From: a bacterium
GTDB taxonomy: Bacteria > Bacillota_I > Bacilli_A > Izemoplasmatales > UBA1188
Assembly: GCA_017541975.1 (NCBI GenBank)
Contig: JAFXYB010000021.1
Location: 197-64,196, forward strand
Length of the DNA stretch: 64,000 bases
Reading direction: 5' to 3'
Part shown: in pieces, positions 19,179-27,110 of the stretch
How the letters are laid out: each line of letters opens with the position of its first letter
How positions within the stretch are numbered: the stretch's first letter is position 1
The notes under the pieces: model-generated
Database searches by the model: none
The model's input: the letters and a program-made list of their open reading frames with translations, nothing else
What the model was told of the DNA's origin: nothing
Made by a program: the position numbers and the translations under genes

Positions 19179-20813
19179 ATGGCACTTGATGGAATGTTCA
19201 TCGGCAAACTTGCAGTAGAATTAAAGGATAAACTTGTCGGTGGAAAAATCGATCAAATCGATGGTTTAAACAAAACTGATTATTTGTTCAAAATTAGGGC
19301 AAACGGATCAACATATAACCTTTATATGTCGGTTTCTTATAATAATCCGACCATTTTTATTTCGCCTAAAAAGTTTGAAAAACCACTTGTTGCATCATCT
19401 TTTACAATGTTTCTTAGAAAGTATCTAGAAGGTGGATACATAAAGGATATTTACCAATATATGAACGATAGAGTAATAATGATTGATATCGACTTAAAGA
19501 ACGATTTTGAAGGGCTTGAGAAAAGGACAATTTGTCTTGAATTAATCGGTAGATTTTCTAATCTATTAATTCTTGATGGTAACTTTAAAATCATTGAAGC
19601 AATCAAACAATTATCGGTTCTTGAAACCAACTCAAGAGGCATCATGAAAGGCTTAAAATATGAGGCACTAAAGAATGATAAAATAAGCCCAGATAATAAA
19701 GAAGAAATCAACAGAATATTTTCTAAGATTTCTAATCTTGATTCAAAAACTATTGTGGATACAATATCTGGAATATCCCCATCTTTAGCCAAATATTTGA
19801 TAAATAGCTATAAAGAAAGTGACCTTGATTTCTATTCATTTTTTAAGAGTGAAACAGATAAGTTTTCTCCTGTATTAAGGGGAGAAAGTGACTATTATTA
19901 TTTTGATATTTATGGTGAAAATGTAACTCATTTTGATACGCTCTCTGACCTTCTTTTTGAATATTTTATTAAGAACGCGGAAGCTAAAATATTAAAGGAT
20001 AACAATCAAGAAGTATATAAATGTGTTAGTTCAAATATCAAGAGGCTAGAAAAGAAACTAGGCAAACTCAAAGAAGAATATGAAAAGGATGAAAATGCCG
20101 ATGAATTAAGGCTTAAAGGAGAACTTCTTCTTGCGAATTCTAATAATGATTTACCAAGAGGTTCTACTGTTAAAGTGCTCAATTATTATACTAACGATTA
20201 TATTGATATTCAAATTGATCCATCAAAAACCATAAAAGAGAATAGTCAACAATATTATAAGAAATATCGTAAGGCCAAAGTAGGTATTGAATATGTAGAA
20301 AGGGAAATCGATATTGCCAAAAATGATTTGGATTATTTTAAAACAATCGAATATCAACTTTCAAAAGCATCTTTAAAAGATTTATTAGAAATAAGGGATG
20401 AATTAATTGATAATGGATTCATCCACTACAAAGAAAAAACCTTTAAAAAGAAACAAAAACCTAATTACATTAAACTCAATTATTCTGGTTGTGATATCTT
20501 AATTGGTAAAAACAATATCCAAAATGAATATATTACCCATACAGTAGGGAAAAAGGATGATCTATGGTTCCATGTTAAAGATGACCATGGATCTCACGTT
20601 ATTGTGAGTGGGGAGAATAAATATAGTGAGGATGTAATAAGGTTTGCGTCTAAACAGGCAGCTATTTATTCTAATGCTTCGAACTCATCTAGCGTTCCAG
20701 TAGATTATACTGAAATAAAATATTTAAAGAAAGTACCAGGTAAAAAAGGTTCATTTGTAACATACAAAAAGTATAAGACAATTTATATAGATCCAAAGAG
20801 AGAAGAAAAATAG
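19179..20813 (+). CDS. rqcH: NFACT-family ribosome quality control protein (RqcH / FbpA / YloA homologue)
   Basis: 544 aa with NFACT-N start MALDGMFI, coiled-coil middle, and DUF814-type LWFHVKDDHGSHVIV. Adjacent to gmk as yloA is in Bacillus. Confidence 0.8.
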   Translation: MALDGMFIGKLAVELKDKLVGGKIDQIDGLNKTDYLFKIRANGSTYNLYMSVSYNNPTIFISPKKFEKPLVASSFTMFLRKYLEGGYIKDIYQYMNDRVIMIDIDLKNDFEGLEKRTICLELIGRFSNLLILDGNFKIIEAIKQLSVLETNSRGIMKGLKYEALKNDKISPDNKEEINRIFSKISNLDSKTIVDTISGISPSLAKYLINSYKESDLDFYSFFKSETDKFSPVLRGESDYYYFDIYGENVTHFDTLSDLLFEYFIKNAEAKILKDNNQEVYKCVSSNIKRLEKKLGKLKEEYEKDENADELRLKGELLLANSNNDLPRGSTVKVLNYYTNDYIDIQIDPSKTIKENSQQYYKKYRKAKVGIEYVEREIDIAKNDLDYFKTIEYQLSKASLKDLLEIRDELIDNGFIHYKEKTFKKKQKPNYIKLNYSGCDILIGKNNIQNEYITHTVGKKDDLWFHVKDDHGSHVIVSGENKYSEDVIRFASKQAAIYSNASNSSSVPVDYTEIKYLKKVPGKKGSFVTYKKYKTIYIDPKREEK

Positions 20814-20843
20814 ACGAGGTTGAACTCGTCTATTTTATTTTTT
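20811..20843. terminator. Bidirectional terminator between rqcH and the deaminase gene
   Basis: tagacgag-gttgaa-ctcgtcta hairpin followed by tttattttttaa. Confidence 0.7.
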
Positions 20844-20849
20844 AAAATT

Positions 20850-22097
20850 TTATATCTCTTCTCCTCTTAGGAATCTATGATAGATATTGGTAGTTTCACC
20901 AAGGTAGCAGAATCTTTCTGCCATTTCTATAGGTGTTAATTTTTCATAGTCATCTTCTATATCACTAATAACTAGGGCATCAAAATCATATCCTTTTTCA
21001 AAACTACCGACTTTTCCAAATATACTACCGCTCATTTTAGTAGCCATATAGAATGCTTCACTAAAATCGATTGATCTATTTTCTTTTTCATAGAATGATT
21101 TGATTTTAGATAATCTTACTGCGCTTGATACTCCTCTATAAATTCCTAAATACTCTCCAGCAGCAATATCACTACCTATACCTAGATTTATACCATTATC
21201 AAGTAAGTATCCAGTTCTCATTATTCCGGCTATAACATTAGATGTAGAATCTGGACATTGAACTGCAAAACCGCCACATTCTTTAAGTAATTTTAAATCG
21301 AGTTCAGAAGGGAAGATATAGTGAGCAGCAATGAAAGGCTTATGTTTTAAAAGTCCAGCTTTTTCATATATTTCCATATCACATAAACATCCTTCAAAGC
21401 ATTTCTTAGCTTCTTCCGCTTCCCAAAGTGATTCAACAATATGAGTTTGAACACCAATATTATATTTATCTGATAATTCACCTAGTTTTTTTAATAAATC
21501 GAAACTACATGTAGGCGCAAAACGAGGAGTTAGTATTGGTTTAGCATATTTATTATTTTGATGTTTCTTAATGAATAATTCAGTATTTTTTATTGATTCA
21601 TCAGTTGTTTCAATTAAATAACTTGGACTATTCTTATCCATATTAACTTTTCCAACAAATGAAGATATACCACGCCTTTCTAATTCCTCCATTAGTATAT
21701 CGGTAGCATTATTATGGATTGTCCCAAGGATAACCGCATGCATTGTTCCATACTTGATTAAATCAGCAGCAAATTTACTATATACTTTCCTTGCGAATGA
21801 TTCATCTTTATATTTTGATTCTAATGGGAACGTATATTTATTTAGCCAATCATTAAGCAACAGATCCATTTGAATGCCTCTATTAGGGTACTGTGGAGCG
21901 TGTACATGTAGATCAGAGAATGCTGGAATAATGAGGCTATTTTTAAAATCAATTATTTCGCTATTCTTGTATTCTTCTTTTAGTTCTTTTTCAACCGATA
22001 ATACTTTTCCATTTTCTACTAAAAGATATCCGTTCTCATATGACATTAATTCAGTTGCGCTTTTTGAATATACAATATTACCATGGTAAATTTTCAT
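20850..22097 (-). CDS. guaD: Amidohydrolase, guanine deaminase-like
   Basis: 415 aa. PAFSDLHVHAPQYPNRG resembles the guanine deaminase HxH..PQ metal motif, with later HIVES and GSDIAAG motifs. Confidence 0.6.
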   Translation of the reverse strand: MKIYHGNIVYSKSATELMSYENGYLLVENGKVLSVEKELKEEYKNSEIIDFKNSLIIPAFSDLHVHAPQYPNRGIQMDLLLNDWLNKYTFPLESKYKDESFARKVYSKFAADLIKYGTMHAVILGTIHNNATDILMEELERRGISSFVGKVNMDKNSPSYLIETTDESIKNTELFIKKHQNNKYAKPILTPRFAPTCSFDLLKKLGELSDKYNIGVQTHIVESLWEAEEAKKCFEGCLCDMEIYEKAGLLKHKPFIAAHYIFPSELDLKLLKECGGFAVQCPDSTSNVIAGIMRTGYLLDNGINLGIGSDIAAGEYLGIYRGVSSAVRLSKIKSFYEKENRSIDFSEAFYMATKMSGSIFGKVGSFEKGYDFDALVISDIEDDYEKLTPIEMAERFCYLGETTNIYHRFLRGEEI

Positions 22098-22176
22098 AAG
22101 CAGTCTCCCATTTCAGATGATTATACTATTAATATTATAATTAAAATACGAAACAATATCTACTTTTATTAATTTA

Positions 22177-23046
22177 TTAATAATATTTGCATCTTGTTTT
22201 ACCTAGGTAATAAAAAGATAGTGTTCCAGGTCCTGAATGAGAACCGATGATTGGTCCTAAATCTGTGATAATAGGTTCGATATTTAGTTTGTTTCTAATT
22301 TGAGAAGCTAGATATTCAACATCATCCTTACAATCTGCCCCAGATATGATGACTAGATTACTACTTTTATCTCTTTCATCTTGAAATTTATTGAACATTG
22401 CATCAATTGTCTTTCTTCTTGTGACAATCTTTTTCGCAACGAATAGCTTACCGTCAGCATCTACTTGCATAAATGGTTTAATATTAAATATTTCAGAAAA
22501 GACATATTTACTGAATCTAATTCTTCCACCATTTAGTAAATACTTGAGTGTATCTACTGTGAATACATGGTTTACATTTAGTTTAGTTTTAACTGCGTAA
22601 TCTAGTATTTCAGTAATTTTGCTTGCTTCATTTGCCTTATTTTTAATGAGGATACCATATAAGCCTTGACCACCGCATCCACAAAGTGAATCAATTACGA
22701 ATACTTTATTTTTATTTTGCTTGTTCATCTCTTCAGCAACTTTTATTGCATTATGGCACATACCAGATAGTCCGCTAGAAAAAGCTAAATGAATAACTGG
22801 TTTGTTTTCCTCTAAAAGTTTACTGAAGTATTCACGATAAACCTCAGGCGGTACTTGATAAGTAGATACTTTCTTTCCTTCTTTCATCTTTTGATAGAGA
22901 TTAGTAGATTCTACACTATCACAAATAGTTGAATACTCAACATCATCTACGATGAAATTCATATCGAGTATTCTAAAGTCGTATTTTTTAATTAATTCTT
23001 CGTTTAAATCACATGTTGATTCCATTGATATGATTACATCAACCAT
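22177..23046 (-). CDS. DegV family fatty-acid-binding protein
   Basis: 289 aa with SSGLSGM, TVDTLKYLLNGGRI and IGSHSGPG DegV signatures. Confidence 0.85.
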   Translation of the reverse strand: MVDVIISMESTCDLNEELIKKYDFRILDMNFIVDDVEYSTICDSVESTNLYQKMKEGKKVSTYQVPPEVYREYFSKLLEENKPVIHLAFSSGLSGMCHNAIKVAEEMNKQNKNKVFVIDSLCGCGGQGLYGILIKNKANEASKITEILDYAVKTKLNVNHVFTVDTLKYLLNGGRIRFSKYVFSEIFNIKPFMQVDADGKLFVAKKIVTRRKTIDAMFNKFQDERDKSSNLVIISGADCKDDVEYLASQIRNKLNIEPIITDLGPIIGSHSGPGTLSFYYLGKTRCKYY

Positions 23047-23234
23047 TGTTTTACCTCCTTTTTTCTTAATTCTACAAAGAGAAATGGAGGTTTTTTTCTC
23101 CTAGTAAGAAATCAATATCTCAAACATGAAAGTTTAATTCTCCTATTAGGTTTCTTAATTCTACTGAAAGAAAAATGACTCTCTAGAGAAGAGATTTTTC
23201 GTTTCTACTAATGAAAATAATGGGATAATGGTAT

Positions 23235-23260
23235 TAAAAAATGCCAGAATTAATCTGACA
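23235..23260 (-). terminator. Putative terminator of the REC-GGDEF-EAL/Hpt operon
   Basis: Minus strand ugucaga-uuaau-ucuggca (one G.U pair) followed by UUUUUUAAU, about 25 nt after the Hpt stop. Confidence 0.5.
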
Positions 23261-23282
23261 TTTATTAATATATATAAACTCG

Positions 23283-23624
23283 TTATAGTGTTAGAGCTTT
23301 TATCTTATCTCTTTTTTCCAGTAGATTATTTATATAGTTACTATAATCCATATCGGTTCTTTTCCTTAGAATTTCTGTAAGTTCAAAGACGATATTATAT
23401 AATGGTGTAAGAGATAAGTTACCGAGAACGCCCTTTAGTGAATGGGCAATTTCAAATGCTCGTTCATAGTCTTTATTATCTAGAGCTTCTTTGAGATTTT
23501 CAAAACTTGAATCCTTGATAGCTCTATCGACAAGCCTCAAATAGAATGATTCATTATTCATGCAAGTAGTTAAACCTTTTTCAGTATCTACTCCAAGTGC
23601 TTTGAGATTTTGGATTGTTAACAT
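23283..23624 (-). CDS. Stand-alone Hpt (histidine phosphotransfer) domain protein
   Basis: 113 aa. AHSLKGVLGNLSL contains the HxxKG phospho-His motif. Lies 11 nt downstream of the response regulator gene. Confidence 0.7.
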   Translation of the reverse strand: MLTIQNLKALGVDTEKGLTTCMNNESFYLRLVDRAIKDSSFENLKEALDNKDYERAFEIAHSLKGVLGNLSLTPLYNIVFELTEILRKRTDMDYSNYINNLLEKRDKIKALTL

Positions 23625-23635
23625 GGGGGTCTCCT

Positions 23636-25327
23636 TTATAAGTTTAATTCTTTCTTTAAGAATTCTTCAAAATCTTTTTCATTCAATGGTCTAGAAAAAT
23701 AATATCCTTGAATGACATCACAGCCAATTTTCTTAAGTGCTTCTACTTGTTCAAGTGTTTCAACACCTTCAGCTACCGCAATAACATTTAATGATTTCTT
23801 AATATCCATGATGAGTTCTAGTATTCTTGTATTGCCTTCAGCACTAAAGGCATTTCTTACAAGCGCCATATCTATTTTTAAAACATCGATTGGTAAGATG
23901 GAAATCATATTAAGCGATGAATAACCAGAACCAAAATCATCCATTTCAATCTTGAATCCATGATTTCTAAGGTCATTTACAGTATCAATGATTTGTTCAG
24001 AGTTTTCGGTGTATGATGATTCAGTTATTTCGAGGAGTAATTCTTCGTTCTTAATACCATTTTCTTTAACAATGCTTTCAAAATCATTAACTAGATCATT
24101 ATCAAACATATTTACTCTTGAAACATTTACTGAAATTGGGAATGATAGACCATATTTATCTTTTATTTCTTTTATCTTCTTCGCTGTTTCATCCCAAACG
24201 TAGTGATCCATTCTTTGAATTAAACCGTTTTTTTCAAAAACTGGGATGAATATACCAGGAGAAATAAAACCTAGTGTTGGATGAATCCATCTAAGAAGTG
24301 CTTCAGCACTAGAGATAACTGGTTTATCACCTTGAACGTTAAATTTAGGTTGGAAGTATACTTTAAATTGTTTTTCTTCTAGTGCTTTTTCAAAATCGTC
24401 GATTAATTGTTCTTCAAAGAGTTCTTTATCGTATAAATCTTTATTGAAATATGCGACAGATGATGTGACTACTTTATTTCTTAGAGTATCACAAGCAATC
24501 TTCGCCCTATCATATCTTCTACGAATATCAATGCTCTTATCTACGTTAGGATATACACCTATCTTGACTGTGATACGACCTTTTACTTCCTCTACATCAA
24601 TATTTTCTATTTCCGATAAGATTTCCTTATATTCATCAGTGTGTGGGAGATAAGCCATGAAAACATCGGCCCCTCTTCTCGATACTATACCATTATATTT
24701 ATGTATAGTTTCTTTTATCTTTTTACTAAAAGATGATAATACTTCATCACCAACCTCAGTACCGAATCTTATATTTAGAATATGGAAATGGTGAATATCG
24801 ATGATTAATGCGTCCATATCGATTGATAAATTTTTATCTAGATTTGTTGCATAACGATAGAAATATTCTGGTGCATATAATTTTGTGAGGGCATCACGTT
24901 CTGTTGATTTGATTGTTTCTCTATCTTCAAATAGTTCGATTGTCCTTTTGATTCTTGCTGATATAACATTAGCTTCTGGGAATGGTTTTGGAATGAAATC
25001 AACGGCACCTAAATCGAGACTTTCTACTTCTGATTTGTGATCTGATGTGATTACGATGAAAGGAATCTTTCTTTTAAGTTTTTTGCTTTCATTGAAATGC
25101 TTTAAAACTTCAAAGCCTTTCATGACTGGCATTATTAAATCAAGCAATACGAGAGAAAGGGTATCTTTGTACTCGTAGATTTTATCGATTGCTTCTTTGC
25201 CGTTTTCAGCAAATATAATATCGTATGTGTCCTTTAAGATTTCTCTCATTATCTCACGATTGATATATTCATCATCAACCACTAAGATAAGTCTTTTCTC
25301 AATATCAACGTCAACTTTTCTAACCAT
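23636..25327 (-). CDS. Response regulator with REC, degenerate GGDEF and EAL domains (c-di-GMP phosphodiesterase type)
   Basis: Start trimmed to MVRKV behind AAGGTGA. REC motifs are LVVDDE, LVLLDLIMP and FIPKP. The GGDEF site reads RRGADVF. EAL-domain motifs EALLRW, NVS, EITE, DDFGSGYSS, KID, EGVE and QGYYFSRP are all present. Confidence 0.85.
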   Translation of the reverse strand: MVRKVDVDIEKRLILVVDDEYINREIMREILKDTYDIIFAENGKEAIDKIYEYKDTLSLVLLDLIMPVMKGFEVLKHFNESKKLKRKIPFIVITSDHKSEVESLDLGAVDFIPKPFPEANVISARIKRTIELFEDRETIKSTERDALTKLYAPEYFYRYATNLDKNLSIDMDALIIDIHHFHILNIRFGTEVGDEVLSSFSKKIKETIHKYNGIVSRRGADVFMAYLPHTDEYKEILSEIENIDVEEVKGRITVKIGVYPNVDKSIDIRRRYDRAKIACDTLRNKVVTSSVAYFNKDLYDKELFEEQLIDDFEKALEEKQFKVYFQPKFNVQGDKPVISSAEALLRWIHPTLGFISPGIFIPVFEKNGLIQRMDHYVWDETAKKIKEIKDKYGLSFPISVNVSRVNMFDNDLVNDFESIVKENGIKNEELLLEITESSYTENSEQIIDTVNDLRNHGFKIEMDDFGSGYSSLNMISILPIDVLKIDMALVRNAFSAEGNTRILELIMDIKKSLNVIAVAEGVETLEQVEALKKIGCDVIQGYYFSRPLNEKDFEEFLKKELNL

Positions 25328-25358
25328 ATGATTCACCTTTTAGAAAAAATACACAATT

Positions 25359-25378
25359 ATGTATAATTAATTATACAT
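25359..25378. promoter_or_regulatory. 20-bp perfect palindrome (candidate operator) over the -10 of the REC-GGDEF-EAL promoter
   Basis: atgtataatt|aattatacat is perfectly self-complementary and overlaps the minus-strand TATAAT (25370-25375). Confidence 0.4.
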
Positions 25379-25398
25379 TGATTAAAATAGATATTCAA
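25370..25398 (-). promoter_or_regulatory. Sigma-A-type promoter for the REC-GGDEF-EAL/Hpt operon
   Basis: Minus strand TTGAAT (25393-25398), 17 nt spacer, TATAAT (25370-25375), about 40 nt upstream of the ATG. Confidence 0.5.
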
Positions 25399-25436
25399 GA
25401 ATTTAGTATTAACTGCTTCTTTTTTTAAAAAAATAA

Positions 25437-25474
25437 TTGACTTTCTCTATTTGGTGTAGTACAATTCAATTGTA
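25437..25474 (+). promoter_or_regulatory. gpx operon promoter with overlapping OhrR-type operator
   Basis: TTGACT (25437-25442), 17 nt spacer, TACAAT (25460-25465). The -10 is the left arm of TACAATT-c-AATTGTA (25460-25474), the inverted repeat known from the B. subtilis ohrA operator. A partial second copy caattaattaa follows. Confidence 0.65.
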
Positions 25475-25508
25475 TTCAATTAATTAATGCAAAAAAGGAG
25501 AACAAAAA

Positions 25509-25985
25509 ATGGAAAGTATTTATGATTTTATAGTAAAAGACAATAAAGGAAACGATGTATCAATGAGCGAATACAAAGGAAAAGTATTGCTTATTGTCAA
25601 TACAGCTACAGGTTGTGGATTCACACCTCAATATGATGGTCTTCAAGACTTATATGATAAATATAAAGATAATGGATTTGAAATTCTAGATTTCCCATGC
25701 AATCAATTTGCTCATCAAGCACCAGGAAGTGCTGAAGAAATTGAATCATTCTGCCAAGCTAGATTCGGTATCACATTCAAACAATTTGAAAAGATTAATG
25801 TAAATGGAAACGATGCAATTCCTCTATACAAATTCTTAAAAAATGAACAAAAAGGAAAACTCGGAAGCAATATCAAATGGAACTTCACTAAGTTTTTAGT
25901 AGATAGAGAAGGTAAGGTTGTTCAAAGATTTGCACCAACTATGAAACCTGAAAACATTGATAAATTTGTTAAAGAGTTATTATAA
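25509..25985 (+). CDS. gpx: Glutathione peroxidase family thiol peroxidase
   Basis: 158 aa with LIVNTATGCGFTPQY (peroxidatic Cys), FPCNQF and KWNFTKFLV motifs. Confidence 0.9.
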   Translation: MESIYDFIVKDNKGNDVSMSEYKGKVLLIVNTATGCGFTPQYDGLQDLYDKYKDNGFEILDFPCNQFAHQAPGSAEEIESFCQARFGITFKQFEKINVNGNDAIPLYKFLKNEQKGKLGSNIKWNFTKFLVDREGKVVQRFAPTMKPENIDKFVKELL

Positions 25986-25988
25986 AAT

Positions 25989-26252
25989 ATGAGACACGAA
26001 TACAAAACAAATCTAGTATGTTCTACTAAAATAACTTTTGATTTAGATGGAGATAAAGTTAAAAACATAGAATTTACTAATGGATGTAATGGGAATTTAA
26101 AGGCTATCTCTAAAATTGTTGATGGTTGGACCGTTGATGAAATAAATGAAAAACTAGCTGGAAATCTTTGTGGTAGAAGGCCCACTTCTTGTGCTGATCA
26201 ATTAGCTATTGCGGTGAAAAAAGCCTATGAAGAGGAAAGAATGAATGGATAA
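25989..26252 (+). CDS. TSCPD-domain 4-Cys protein (TIGR03905-like)
   Basis: 87 aa with exactly four Cys (C11, C33, C61, C68). RRPTSCADQL corresponds to the TSCPD motif. Starts 3 nt after gpx and overlaps ohrR by 8 nt. Confidence 0.75.
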   Translation: MRHEYKTNLVCSTKITFDLDGDKVKNIEFTNGCNGNLKAISKIVDGWTVDEINEKLAGNLCGRRPTSCADQLAIAVKKAYEEERMNG

Positions 26253-26676
26253 TTTCAATAAACTTAGTATTAAAAATCAATTATGCTTTGCAGTATATTC
26301 TTGTTCAAGAGAAATTACAAGATTATATACTCCAATTCTAAATGAACATGATTTAACATATACTCAATATATTACTATGCTTGTTTTATGGGAAAATGAT
26401 AACATCAAAGTCAAAGATATGGGAAAAATCTTATTTCTTGACTCGGGAACATTAACACCAGTTATTAAAAGTCTTGAAAAGAAAGGACTTGTTGAAAGAA
26501 ACAGATCTAAAGAAGATGAAAGAAACGTTTATGTTTCTCTAACAAAAAAAGGCCAAGAACTAAAATCAAAAATTGAAACTGTTCCAGACCAAGTTGGTTG
26601 TTCATTAAATTTAGAACCTAATGAAGCTATAGAACTATATAAACTTTGTTATAAAGTTCTTGATAATATTAAATAA
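26245..26676 (+). CDS. ohrR: MarR-family organic hydroperoxide sensor OhrR (1-Cys type)
   Basis: 143 aa. KNQLCFAVYSCSRE aligns with B. subtilis OhrR ENQLCFLLYASSRE (sensing Cys15). LDSGTLTPVIKSLEKKGLVERNRSKEDER is nearly identical in pattern to OhrR. Confidence 0.8.
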   Translation: MDNFNKLSIKNQLCFAVYSCSREITRLYTPILNEHDLTYTQYITMLVLWENDNIKVKDMGKILFLDSGTLTPVIKSLEKKGLVERNRSKEDERNVYVSLTKKGQELKSKIETVPDQVGCSLNLEPNEAIELYKLCYKVLDNIK

Positions 26677-26678
26677 AG

Positions 26679-26706
26679 AAAAAGACTCTCGTGAGTCTTT
26701 TTTTAT
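26679..26706 (+). terminator. Intrinsic terminator after ohrR
   Basis: aaaaagactc-tcgt-gagtcttttttta. Confidence 0.7.
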
Positions 26707-26732
26707 CTAAAAATATCATCTTCATTTTCATT

Positions 26733-27110
26733 CTAATTATTTTCATGTTTTATTGATTCAATATATTGTTTTTCTGGGTTCCAGCATAAATATAGTATTC
26801 CTCCAAGAAATCCACAAAAAACAATTGATGAAAGACCTACGATAATACTTCTTTTGTTTCTTGCGAGTGTAGTAAGAGCAAGAATAAAAATCATAATTCC
26901 AAGAAACAACAAAACAGTAGAATAAAAAGCTTTTGTATTATTAGAAGCATTCAAATAATAAAATATATTAGCTAGATGAATAATCGATGTGATTATAAAA
27001 CCGATAATTATAAAAATAATTGCACATTTTTCATATTTTATTTCTGTATTATTATCTTGAAAGATCAAAATCATTAAAGAAACTATATAGTTTATTAAAT
27101 GGATCTTCAA
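26733..27110 (-). CDS. Small membrane protein (4 predicted TM helices), function unknown
   Basis: 125-aa hydrophobic ORF. Its 5' end overlaps the esterase 3' end by 59 nt (23 nt if the MILIF start is used). Confidence 0.4.
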   Translation of the reverse strand: MKIHLINYIVSLMILIFQDNNTEIKYEKCAIIFIIIGFIITSIIHLANIFYYLNASNNTKAFYSTVLLFLGIMIFILALTTLARNKRSIIVGLSSIVFCGFLGGILYLCWNPEKQYIESIKHENN

